DNA from: Tubulanus polymorphus
Lineage: Eukaryota > Animalia > Nemertea
Assembly: GCF_964204645.1 (NCBI RefSeq)
Contig: NC_134025.1
Location: 25,028,299-25,092,298, forward strand
Reading direction: 5' to 3'
Length of the DNA stretch: 64,000 bases
Shown here: positions 51,173 through 64,000 of the stretch, piece by piece
Layout: every line of letters starts with the position of its first letter
Position numbering within the stretch: the first letter of the stretch is position 1
The notes under the pieces: generated by a model
What the model was told of the DNA's origin: nothing
The model's database searches: none
Seen by the model: only the letters and a program-made list of their open reading frames with translations
Made by a program: the position numbers and the translations under genes

Positions 51173-52209
51173 AATAGCTGGAAAAAATACTTCACCTTCA
51201 AAATTCTTCATACTCTTTATTCCAGGATTCATTTCGTAAAATTCTTAAGTCTTAACTTTGGTTCTTTTTATATTGATACAACTTCAGTATGGCTTAAGTT
51301 TTGATATTTTGTGGACGCGAACAAAAAGCTGTGTATTTTTTAAGAACAAAATTTTCTTAGAGATACAGCTGTTGAGATAATTCATAACTGGTAGAATTGA
51401 TTGGCCATTTGATGGAGTGAGAGTTTTTTCACCCGCAAGGAAATATCATATCAATCACAACAACACTTGCCAGTAATAAATCTGAACACAAGACTCAAAT
51501 GGTTGGAGTTAATGTTGATAAGCGTTGTAAATCTATGTTTTGCAAAAGCAATACGGTAATAATATCCAGTTCACTGCATTGATAAAGAAAATATTATTAC
51601 CGGTACCTCTATATGGTATAGTATGAAAATTGTGATTGCAAAATGGGAACTAAGTTCAACTTGATTACTCTTTATTTTTCTTAATTTAATTTTAATTTAT
51701 GTTCGATTTTAGTTGTGATTACATTCATCTTCGTTTTCATTATGAATCTTCGGTTTAATTATTAACTTTTTTGCATTTAGTAGATTGGAGATTCTTGAAT
51801 TTCAGAATCTTAAATTCTGATGTCTCTAATAACGTGATCATTGTGACTATTTGGTACATGAACAATGCCAACCGAATGGTGATCATGTTCAATTCAATGG
51901 ATTACATTTGTTTTTCAATCAAAATACTCCTTTATGTCTTGTATATAAGAAACAAATTGATTATGACTGGAGAATATCACTTGATGACTCATTCACTGTA
52001 CTAAGTGCAGTAAAAATTCGTTTTTCACATGAATGAAATTGTTAATTAAATCCGATTTTTTAATGGTATCCGCATATTTATAAGGAATTTATGAGTGATG
52101 GATGTGTGCACTATGTTATGGAGACAAAAATGTACTTTATGTTAGCTTAATAAACGAAACTCAACACATTGTGCGAAAAATTAGTAGTATTGTCGATTGT
52201 GCTGTATTT

Positions 52210-52271
52210 ATGGTCAGATGCTTTTGTTGACAATGAAGTTATGGTCAGATGCTTTTGTTGACTCTGAAGTG
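52210..52271. repeat. ~30-bp tandem duplication between the CLPTM1 and OTUB1 3' ends
   Basis: TATGGTCAGATGCTTTTGTTGAC(AA/TC)TGAAGT occurs twice. Confidence 0.8.
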
Positions 52272-52991
52272 GTTTGATAGCGGAGAATCTGATTGGAGGT
52301 ATAATAGTTTTCCAGTAAGTTGTTGCCCAGATTCTTTAATTATGCCCATACCAAATTAAGCCCATAGCTTGTCACCGGAAGATATCTTGACATTAATCAT
52401 CCATTGACTGGTCCTTTGAAGGCTTTTCAGCTTATTATCCGCTCTGTACTATCTATATTAATGAAAATCATAGAACTGTAAACTATTACTAGTGCGGACT
52501 ATAAATGGAGACAAAACTTATGCAATAACACATTTGCAATAACAATCATTAAAAGCTTTAAACGCTACAACTGAAGCCGCCCTACAGCATACGTTTGAAA
52601 TAAAACAAAGGAGGAAATCACCCTAAAACAGCGCTACTGAATTTAATGTTACCTCCATACAAATGAAAATGGATAGGCTGAAGTGTCTCCACTGAATTTT
52701 CAAACTTATTGAATGGAACAAGTCAAGAGTTTAGCAGAAAAAGTATTGATTTATTATCCTGTGAAAAATTCCTGTTCCGTAATATTCCTCCACAGTTTGG
52801 CTCCGGACATATATTACATCAATGTACGACTACTTTATTTGCAGAAATCGACAAAATGCCGACTGACCGTATGTCAAGACTGATGAAAAGCAGACCAGTA
52901 TACATCTTTAATATGTGTACACCGACCGTAAAGTTTCTAATAATCTGCACCATTCAGTATTATGTATTGCTTACAACTACGACTACAATAA

Positions 52992-54574
52992 TCATTGATA
53001 CAACACGTCGAAGTGTCCAGGTCGATATAAGAGAAAGATTTTCGGATTTTGCTCGATGAGAAAGTCATGTGAATTGATGTTAGTTCCGACTCGGTCCATG
53101 TATTCCACGCGAATCGGTACATTGATAGCGGACGTAAGCGCTGTTATATGAATGTGATCACTTTCTCGTCCCATTGGTTCAACTTCCTGAAAAATCATTC
53201 AATGAAACAAATTCATCGACTGTGTATTCAAAACGATCAAATTAATCGATCTAAATATATGAGATTTTGCTAAATTTTCAAAATGAACTCATTAGAATTG
53301 ACCTTTCCACAGAAGTCTTTAACAGTTTGCCCATGTTCAACGAAGTGAGTGAAGAACTCCTCTTTTTTCTGTAGATAACCGGAAACAAGTAGTCTAAGAT
53401 ATACGACTAAATAATTCGAGCATCCCTGATTGTTGAATATCTGTAGTAATTCCTCGATTGGACACTGACTTTCAACTTTCTCAAGAACGTCGATGAACTG
53501 TAAATTGGAAGCAGGAGCCATGTTTATTAATAGATCATACCGATAGTTGTAAGCGTTGCAGAAAATCAGTGAATTTTGTATCATACATTCTCATAAAAAT
53601 CATCCAACGTAAACTGAGGAAATCCAAGATCTATCAAATCTTGTTGATTCTGTTTAATAATTTCCTTAAACCTGTAAAAAAGCAAATTATCTTCGAAGGT
53701 AAGCTTTGCATTCTTTCAACATAATACCTTTTGCATTCTTCGATAACATCTAGTGACATTGATTATAATTAATTGTAAAACAAATTCAAAATACTTTTGA
53801 TTGAAAGTAAGCTTTGCAATAAGGGGTATGAACTGAAAACAAGAAAGACATAATACCTTTTGCATTCGTCAACATCTTGTCGCAACAATTCAAAGTAAGC
53901 AAATCCAAACGCTCTGTAAAAACAATTGCCATCACCCCGTGTTCTTCTAAAACATGAATACTTTGTTTTCAATTCCTGAAAAAAGAAAATTGAATCAATT
54001 AGGACTTTTAATATCTGACTTCATGCCAACTTTCCAGTTTTCAAACCTACCTTTACTTTGGCTAGGTACACAGCATCAGTTTTATACTCATCATCTAATT
54101 CACTGAATTTCAGTTTTTCACTAATGAAAGGCTGTTCTTTAGCAATCTAAAAAATATAATTTGAATGCTGAAAAAACTGTTAAGAAGAGTTAATGGCGAT
54201 GATGTCAGCCAAATGATATATTGTCACACATATTGTCAAATAACAAATTGTTCTGATATCTATGTCTATGAATTTACACTGAATATTTCCAGTATTTCAT
54301 GCATACAACATGACTTTCTTACATTTCTATCAATTTGTTCTTGTTGTGCGATAGTTGATTCATCGTAGTTGCACTCTGAATACAAAATGGTAAAAAACAA
54401 ACAATTATGACAACACAAATAGGAAGTTTCATTTTGATAATTAGTACGACTGGGCGTCTGGGAAATGACAAATGAAGTGATTTTTCGGCGCACAAATCTT
54501 TAAGTACGACTTCAATGAAAAAACATTCAACCTGGGTTATAAACGAATTCATCCTGTTCCTCTGATTCATTCAT
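52992..54574 (-). CDS. OTUB1: Otubain (OTUB1-like ubiquitin thioesterase), 7 exons
   Basis: MNESEEQDEFVYNP|ECNYDESTIAQQEQIDRN|IAKEQPFISEK...|RRTRGDGNCFYRAFGFAYFE...|...GFPQFTLDDF|...NYLVVYLRLLVSGYLQ...|EVEPMGRESDHIHITAL...VEYMDR...LLYRPGHFDVLY. Confidence 0.95.
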
Positions 54575-54997
54575 GGTGTCACAAATAGGTTCTTTCTAGT
54601 ATTTTTTCAACGAAATAGATTTCAGTACACTATAGATGGCGCTGCTTGTCAATAATGACAATTTTGTATCGTTGTAGCTGTTATAAATCCAATTAACATC
54701 GAATCCCTTCGATGGTTACGCCAACAGAGATGTTTAACTTTTTTTTCTGGCTTGTAAAAAATAATTTTGATCTTATTCTGGTTCTCTAACATAGGCCCTT
54801 GGGTTTTTAAAGCGCGAATCGAAAATAGCAATTTTGTATCGATGCAGCTGTAACGAATCTTTTATTCGTCTGCTAAAATGGCGGCCAATTTCAGCATTAC
54901 TGCAACGTATTATACTGGTTTCCTGCTCTATCTACAGTCTAACTGGTGTGATTACTCAACAATGTAAACTCTTATCATAGTGTTATACTTTAAGAAT
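54575..54997. promoter_or_regulatory. Putative bidirectional promoter, OTUB1 vs ADCY10
   Basis: ATGs are 424 bp apart. A YY1-type AAAATGGCGGCC lies at ~54875 and a duplicated ~31-bp motif at ~54660 and ~54830. Confidence 0.6.
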
Positions 54998-57900
54998 ATG
55001 GATCAGTCAACTGAATTGCCGAATTTGCCATCGGTTGGTGGTTTAAATGCTATTCGAGGTAAAAATTGACCTGTTTTTCCTTTTTTTTCTGCGGGTTTTC
55101 AAAGACCAGGCACTGCTCTGGCAGTCACTGTGACAATTATTCTTGAAGATTTCATTGTTTGAAGTGAAGCCCAAACTTATGGCCGATGATCATGTTGTTC
55201 TAGTTTTTGAACATGCACCGACCGAGTCAGACTTGAACCCCCTCTCCTCCGGCTCTGGATGGAAAACCAAACATAAGACTTTGTTCCTTGCTTGACTCAG
55301 CTCAGGTATTCTCTGATATCTTTTAATATTCGTCCAACTCCAGGGTTATATATACCGCCTCGTTAAAGAGATTCTGGTGATGCCATTCGCGGGCATTACT
55401 TTGTGAAATATTCTCTGAAATTAAACCACTGCAATTTTATTACTTGCGACTACCAATTGTTTTTAGGTAAATCGTCGAAGGAAAAACCAGCGATTCTGAA
55501 AGAGCTCATTAATCATAATAATTCATCGCCGAGTACTCCAGTAGTAAATAAATATTCCACCCACATACCGGATTGTGTTGTTTCTACAAACCTCGATGAA
55601 CCACCACCCTACATCAAAAGAATAAAGGGCGTTCTTATGTTTGCAGATATATCAGGTTTGTTTGCAATTTCTTTGAATGAATAGGCGCAAAACTTGAAGT
55701 TTAGTACATTGTATTACCATCTGATTTTCCTTTGTTTTTGTTTGATAATGAATTGTAATTGTAGGTTTTACAGCTCTATGTGAAAGGTATACTCTGAGTG
55801 CTAGTAGTGGAACCGATCAGTTAACCAAAACTTTAAATGGATACCTAGGAGCTATTGTAGAGAAAATTCTTTCATCTGATGGAGATGTTCTAAAATATGC
55901 AGGTAAATCATTATCATTCAGTTGTTTTGCATGATTCGGGTCTAGTACATTTGTTCATTTTTGCTGCAGAGCTCAACTTTTGGTTATCTATGCTAAAAAC
56001 TCCTTATCCCTATCCCTTAGTCACATTATACAATCCCACTTTGTCTAAATGTGTGTTATGTTCTAATGATGTCGATAATCCTGAAAAAGAGTGTCCATCC
56101 TTTTTGCTTGTAGGTGATGCTATTCTGGCAGTGTGGCCTGTTAAAAATGATAAACAGCTCGCTAACACTGTCATGCAAGTGCTTAGATGCGCTATCATAA
56201 TTCAAGATCGATATGGTGAATGGAATACGGATATTGGAGTCAAACTGAAAGTGAAATTAGGTTCGTTTAAGAAATTAAAGAAAAAATAACAATGCAGTTA
56301 AGTTCATTTGGGCATTGAGATATTGCAATTAGAAATCTACATGTAAACTATGATTAATGCCTGGACTAAGTCAAAATCTTGATTGAGTGGCTATTAGTTT
56401 AGAAAATTCAAACCGAAGGTTAACTTTACCATAAACCTGATTTTCTTCTTTTCATCAGGAATATCCGCGGGTAAAATATGCCTGACGTATCTCGGCAATA
56501 ATGATTTCCGACATTACGTTACGACTGGTCGAGCAATCAGAGACGTGAATCTGGCGGAGAAATTCTGTGAGTCGGGATACGTTGTGCTATCACCAGCTTC
56601 GTGGGCGTATTGTGATAGTAATATTGTATCACACATTGTGTTAGCTGATGGTAGACACGTTCGAGTAAGTGAGGGAGTTTAGGGGATAAAATGAACACCT
56701 TTGACACATTATTTGCTTGACATTGTTATGTGGATATTTCAACACTGAAGTCCTTTTCCAAAATGCCAGGGTTTTTCACATAAAGTTTTAATGTCTAAAT
56801 CAATTTAAGATGAACTGAATTGTTGAAGAAATGAAATCAATAAAAGAGTTCTTTTTTATGAAACTAGGCCCGGGAAAAGAACTTCACTTAACAAAAACAA
56901 GTTTGAAAAATAAATGCTGGACATAATTCATACTCAATCCGTCTTCACTTCTAGGCTTTGGGGTTGAAAAAAGATGTTCGCCCGAATTATGTCATGCTCC
57001 GTACCGTGAACTTTGAAACGGCCACTCAACAGTTTAACATACAATCCAGTCGAGAATTGGAACTGATGTTTCTTCGACGGAACCCGGGTCGGAAATCTCT
57101 GATAGTCGGTCGATCGCAATCTCTGGAGTTTCATCTGCAAGAAACGGTGTCATCCTGTGAGTTCCTGCCATCGATAACTGAAATGCTCTTTAATATTTAC
57201 ATGAAAAATCTACAAATTATGGTTTCGCGTTCACCACCCTATGTTTTTAATTATATTAATAATTTATTTAATTAATGTTTTTCAGCTGTACTGGCAAGCG
57301 CTGATAATATCATTTTAGAGGATCCAGAAGTGAGAGGTCAGTAAAATTTACTTAGCTCAATTAACATGTATGCCCCAGACCTGACTATGATTACTATTTG
57401 AGTGTAGTTCCTGCTCCCTTCAAGGGCTTATTCAAGGGCTTAACTATTCCCAAAAATAACACAATACTTTCAAAATCAGAATGTAAAATTAGTCTAATTT
57501 TTGGTGAAAACTAGAGATTTGTGTAGTCTGGTCTGAGTTGCCCATCTAGATTTGAATTCTTTGATGTTATTTCAAGATCTACATGTATTTCTTAGTACGA
57601 AATGCTGTTTTCCTAAGAGGTGGTTCTGATTCTGATGAGAAGATGGGATTGTATATCACAAAACCTGTCCTGAACAAAGTAACAGCGTTTGTAAATTTGT
57701 TAAATTCGATAATTTTGTTCGTTGGATCCCTTTGTTTGAAACTGTTTGTTGATTTTGTTTGGAATATTTTATAATATTTGCCTTAAAACATCACAATGTA
57801 AAAAAGATATTTTGATAATCATAATTTCATTCACCAATGTACAATATTATATAATTGTTGACATGTCAGCAAATGTCCTACATAATTGATAGGACATTCC

Positions 57901-60900
57901 CAAGCCTAAAGGCTGTTTCTCAAGTCAATGATTTATCTTTATTTTCATCATATTTTCCAGCTAAGAGCTGACCAGCCGTTAGAATATCTATCAGAGATGA
58001 GACAGGTATCAATCGTTTTTATGAATCTTGTACTTGAACCGATGAAGAAGGAAGATCAGAGTCGTATTTTGCAAGAAACTTTTCAACTCATCTACTCACA
58101 AGTTAATCCACTGAATGGCTGTTTGAATAAGGTCTTCTTATTTGACAAGGTAAATGAGATGATATTTTCATTGTTAAGCTCTTTGGTTCTTACATGCGGT
58201 ACTGCTCTCCCATGTGAATCTAAATTGTGATACAGATATCTAAGATCGATACATTATATCATCATTCTATTCTATGTGTTTTAGGGTCTTACTTTTCTCG
58301 TTATTTTCGGATTTCCTGGTTATAAACATGAAAACGAGAGCGCCCATGCTCTCGAATCCGCTATGAAGTTGTTGGACGCTTGCACAAATGTTATCGGCAT
58401 TGAGTGAGTTGTTTTGATTTGTGCTGAATGGCTTTCAAAATATGAATACGTTCTAAGTGAGAAAAGATATTTTATTGCGTTTGTTATAGACTGACCTCGA
58501 TTGGTGTAACAACTGGTCTGACATTCTGTGGTGTCGTTGGACATCCCCATCGTCAAGAATACACAGGTACTAATAATGCATGGTACATTACTTTCTGTTG
58601 CGTGCATTGAATCTCTTGTCCTATGAACCAACTTGGAGGCAAATATATATCAAACATTTTATCCATGAATATGGGTTTAATTTGAACAGGTTACTATCAA
58701 TATTGCATATAGATAAATCTTACAATACATGTGCCAATAGCCAATTCCAATACTTTTTCATTAGAGATGGTGTGCTTAGATAAGGTTGCTAATTAAATTT
58801 GATTTATGGCTAGATTATCTAGCTGATTCTTACATATCATAATTTGGATGGATTTTCAGTGATTGGTCGTAAAGTCAATATGGCAGCTCGTCTTATGATG
58901 CATTACCCGGGTAAGGTAACTTGTGATACCGACACGTACCACCACGCTAAACTGCCGAAATACTACTACAATGAACTTGTCACTAAAGAAATGAAAGGTC
59001 TGCAAAATGTCGGAACGATTTTAGAATTTGTTGGACCGACAGCGTGAGTACTAACGATTTGTGATGTGACATTTCAATGATAAATGACTTGTTGAAATGA
59101 TTCAAACAAAAACTTGTTAGAGGAGAAAGTAGTGAAAGATGTTGCCAAATGCCAGTAAAAACCCGGCAAACTTACAACAGAAAATGAAAAGATATTTTCT
59201 ATATACACTGAAATTATTTTCTAGACTTGATGATGAATTAGAAGTAAAGAAGTATGAATATCCATTACTCGCTCGTGATCAAGAGATGAAAGCTTGCATC
59301 GATGCAATGAATGCCAAACATGGATTCCAGCCCGGCGAACCATGTCCTAAAGCTAATGTACACCTTGTCGTGTTAGAAGGCGATTCAGGAATGGGGAAAA
59401 CAAGAATGCTCGAGCAAATCATGTATTTTGCGCTTGAAAGGAATTGGATGTAAGTTCATCATCTGCGTCAGTCTATGACTGGAGCTAAGTTCTGTGATCC
59501 TAAATGGCTCATATAAAATGATATTCTTTATTGCTCATAGTCAGTTCATCAGTATTTTCTGTTTTTAGGGTTGTCATGGTTACTGTTCTGATGAATGACA
59601 GTCGTACTCCGTATAATGTGCTGAAAACAATACTTATGGATCTACTCGGTTTGAACTATCAGATGGATCACCAAAAACGCGAAGAAGTCATCACAAAACT
59701 TGTCAGCGATAATTATCCCCTCGTGAAACCGCAATTGTATCTGCTTAATGACATACTAGAAACAAAGGTTTGTATTTTCAAACAAATGAAAGAAACGTAC
59801 CGGTATCTTATGATTGAAAATTGAGTCTAGAGATGGATTATCTTTTGATTGATTCAATTCTATCTACAGTTCCCAACAATTCAGCACGATAATAGTCATT
59901 TGAAAGATGATGATAGGATGGAAGCACTGAAGGATCTAATACGACATATTATAGCTATGGTAAATGAACAATATTTGGAAAAAGATAGACAGCATATCCG
60001 TTTATCCTTCGAAGATAATAGGGACAAACTTTGAGACCAATAATCCGATATTCCATTAACAATATGCTAAAATGGGATTTTATTTTAAATATTTTCAGAT
60101 GACGAAGATATATGGATTTGTAGTTCTATTATTAGACGATGCTCACAATATAGACTCAGAGACCTGGTCATTCATTCATATTCTCGGTGGCGATATTCAT
60201 TCTCTTGTGTTTCTCACCTGTCGACCTATTCGTGGTCACGACAATCCGATTGCAGCCGAATTACATCATAAGAATAAGAAGACCATCGAAGTAGTACAGT
60301 TAGATGGACTGCCAAAGCGATATCTCCCCGCGCTTGCGTGTCAGATGTTAGGTGTTTCAAGACTGCCTGCATTCATTACGAAGTAAGTAAAAACATGAGG
60401 TACATTCCCTTTGCTTAATGCCCACTTTCAAGGGAGACCACACAACAAATTAAAGTTTCATAACTCTAGATAGTACAATACTCATGAAACTTTAATCAAA
60501 TGTTAAGTCATTCTGTAAAACACTCGGCAATTGAGAAGGAGAAATCTAGATGCCTACCAGTGCGTTATGAGGATGTTGAAAAAATACATAGAAAGTGATG
60601 AAAGTTTCTATTATACTGAAACCTTATAGAATTATAGAGTCAAGGAGTCATGGTGTGCCTTCCTGGTGTGAACAGCTACTGCGAGAAATGCTATTTGAAC
60701 AAGTTATTAAGGTGATCGAGACATCAAGGCCTGATAAGTCTCTGGTTGAACCTGAAAAAGAATTCATCGAAAAAATACCTATCAACTTTGGCTGCTTTGA
60801 TGTGGCTCGCCGAAGTAGGAAAGGAGCATTAGATGTAAGTGAATTTGAGAAAAGAAACTACTGGTATGAATTTGTTATTTTACTCAGTGCGTAATTTAGT

Positions 60901-63900
60901 AAGTATTCAATTTCAATTCTCGTTTATCATAGTCAGATGATGCGATGTCGTTCCAAGCCCAAGATGTGGTATTTCATCGTAGATCGGATGACGCTGCAGT
61001 TGTTAAAGATGATCAGTCAATTGAACAAATCGACGATAATAAAGTCTGTATACTGAATCCTGAATCCTCAGCTCATATTGAAGGTGTCAAAGTGCCCGAT
61101 TCTATGAAAGGTATATACCGAGTTTTCAGAAAAGTTTACCAGTTACTCAAAATATGAAATAAGTAGCTATCGATTACTTTATCACAGTCTTCAGTTAAGA
61201 AAAAATGATAGAAATTAAGAATTTTTAGGCTTAGGAAAATTATCCTCATTGAAGTAATTAGAAAATAGACTCCCTCATTTTGAATGTTGATTGTATCTGT
61301 TTTGTCACTAAAACATCAGCATTGAAGTACTTTGCATTTCTATGTTTGCAACTAGTAATTCTCTTCAAATTTCAGCATTGATACTTACAAGAATTGATCA
61401 GTTAGATATCACTGATCAAATGATTATCAAATGTGCTGCGATCATCGGCGAGTACATCAGTAGACGGATGTTAGAATACATTCTACCTGACAACTACCTT
61501 CCAAAACTACCAGATACCATTGAACGTCTTATGAAAACCGGTGTTCTGGAATGTGCCAGTCCGAAACGACGAATATTGGAAGAGAAAATGGTTAGATATG
61601 CGGCCGCTTCGCGTAAACATAAGGTTCTGCAGGAGAGGGGCTTGCCAGCGATGTTACAGGATACCGCTTGTTACTGTAATCCAGATGGGAAACGTTCCGA
61701 TTGTCAAATAATGCAGTTCGGCTCAACAATAATGCAAGAAACAGCGTACGGAATATTCCTAGAAGCGCAGCGAACTGAGCTACACATTCGTTGTGCCGAG
61801 TTTCTAGAATCGCAAGCGCATAAATGCGAAGCTTGTGGCGGCGGAGATTGGATGCCGGCTTACTACGCCCCGTTCTACCATCAAATTCAAACGCCGACAA
61901 AAAACACGGTAGCCGCTTCGAAGAGAGCGCAGGCTGTTTCATGGAGCGGAGGTCCACTGGCTCAGGCGCGTAATTTTCAGAAAGAACGCAGAGGAACAAT
62001 GGAGTGGAAACCTAAACGGCCGCCAAGAGCAAAAAGAAGTAAGAATATTTCGAATCAAAGCATTGCACTTATCTATTCTTTAGTAGTAAATTTCACATCA
62101 ATTTTATGTTTCAGTGTCTATCGTGCGAGGTTTACAAGCAAATAAAGTCAAGCCAGCATCTTCATCCGGTGTAAACTTACTGGAACAACAGACTTTGCCT
62201 TCAGGCGGCAACATATTCCAAGTGAGAGGCGAGGAATCTGCAGTTTCTAACGGCTATGAACTTTCCGGACTTTTGAACCCAAATCAAATACAAGCTGTAA
62301 AGTTACGACGATTATCGTTGAAGATGTTTTTAGGGTAGGAAATATGCTTAGTATTTCTAAATCTTAGGCTCAGTATATGATGTGTCAATTTTGCCATGTC
62401 CAACCTTATAGAACTGTCTGCTGTATGAATAATATACCGATATCCTTGTATCCTCGTCACATCAAAAGTGAGACTGAAAAATTAGAATGTAACTTTATGA
62501 AGCGATTAATTTGTGTCAGTAGTTATCAGGTAGTAAGTAAATTCGTATAAAGTTTTACTACTATGAATATTGTTTGAATAGTTTCATATCACCTGAAGAG
62601 TTGCCAGAAGATATGTCTAGCTCAACATCAGTGGACATGGAAGAGGTTTTAGCCGATATCGACCTGAGGGCTTGCGAATGCGATAAAGTGTTAGCGTCTG
62701 TTTATCCTCAGCTTGTTCGTCATTGGCGTTCAGCTGGTAATGTCGGCAGGACTGTGCACTTCATGTCGGAGGCAGGTGCAGCAGCAATAGCCACATTCAA
62801 CAATCTTCAGGTACTGTTTATTTCATAGTTGAGCGTATTATTTACAAACAGGCGCTTTCAAACTGGGATGGAAACAACTATATGTTTCATCACATATGGA
62901 TTCTCAATTTAAGAAAAAAAGCTTTAAATCTCATCAACCATTGAAGGCAGTATTGAATTCTATAACTGAATGATTTGTGTTTGATCCCTGTATAGTGAAA
63001 TCTTCATTTAAGGCTAAATCCTATGTAGAAGAAGCTCATAAAATCATTGAAGCCGTGAAAGCTGGTGACAATCCATTTGTTACAGAAGTTTCGGAAGTCA
63101 CTGAAACTCAGATAACTCTTGAGGAAAGAGCGCGGCTTGCTATCCTGACTGGACAGGTTGGTTTTAGATTATTGCTGATTTATCGGGTAGTGGTAGATTA
63201 GAGATGCTACCTCTCTTGATTTCTTGGGTGAATCCCTGGAAATGATAAACTGTCACTGTATTTTCAAATTTAGACGTTAATATCTTTTCTTCCATTCAAA
63301 GGCATTCCTAAACATGGGTCAGTATGCAGAGGCTAAAGAGAACTGTCTTAAAGCGTTAGAATTGATGCAGAACAGTCAACCGAATAACAACGCTAAAGTT
63401 CTCGGTCGTATTATCAAAGAAGGAGTAAAACAGATCATACGCCGAATCAAAGGCAGGGAGCCAGATATTGACTTGATTAGGTTTGTATGCCATAGGATCA
63501 GGGGAGAAGGTATGCCATAGGGACCCTAAAATCGAAAAATCTGTAAAAACATATTGGTTGCATTCAGAGTTGATGAGAGGGCTCTACATTTAAAAAAGAG
63601 AATTTATAAAAAAATGTTTACTGACTTAATAAGACTCAAGCTAAGATGAAGCTAAGATTGACTGAGTTAAAATCAGTCTTGGCTACTTAGCATGTAGGAT
63701 GTTTTGGTTTTAATGGCTCATAATTCTTTGTATGAAGGGATTTTGAACAGAAAGAACGAGTAGTTGAACAAGTTCGATGTCTTCATCTACTCTACAAAAC
63801 CTACCGATTACAAAATCAACCTTTGAACTCGATGATGGTTGCTCTTCAGCAAGTGAACCTCGCTGAATTAGTGGGCGACATAGTGAGAGAGGTATTGAAA

Positions 63901-64000
63901 TTGAAAAAACTTTTTTACAAAAAGAACAGCTTTTTAAAAGATGACTGAAAGGAATTCTTAAACTTGAATTCGTGTCTACGATTTCATCTGATGAAATTTT
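54998..64000 (+). CDS. ADCY10: Soluble adenylyl cyclase (type 10), multi-exon, truncated at window end
   Basis: C1 reads GVLMFADISG|FTAL...LNGYL...DVLKYAG|DAILAVW. C2 reads EYLSEMRQVSIVF...NKVFLFDK|G...FGFPG...IGVTTG...CGVVGHPHRQEYT|VIGRKVNMAARLM. A P-loop (GDSGMGKT), Walker B-like LLDDAH, SHGVPSWCEQL and TPR-like helices follow downstream. Confidence 0.95.

Overview
This is AT-rich, intron-dense animal DNA from a compact invertebrate genome; a lophotrochozoan-like origin is my inference and was not tested. There is no CRISPR array, rRNA or convincing tRNA. The first ~5.4 kb is a patchwork of non-autonomous DNA-transposon relics, including two tandem ~545-bp fold-back elements and a pair of heptamer-repeat inverted arms. 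A spliced CS/p23-domain gene (4726-5596, +) that the ORF track largely misses follows. Next come an aerolysin/ETX-MTX2 (LIN-24-like) pore-forming-protein gene (-) and ~8.5 kb of non-coding DNA. An intronless 507-aa secreted orphan (+) then sits where it may be nested antisense in the last intron of a USP37-like gene. The rest is a dense block of conserved genes, mostly in head-to-head pairs: USP37-like/TSG101, a PH-CaaX protein/HDAC8, an uncharacterised membrane-anchored protein, MEN1/CLPTM1, and OTUB1/ADCY10 (soluble adenylyl cyclase, running off the window end). Exon models were built by eye from GT-AG sites and reading-frame continuity. Family assignments come from recalled motifs, not database searches.
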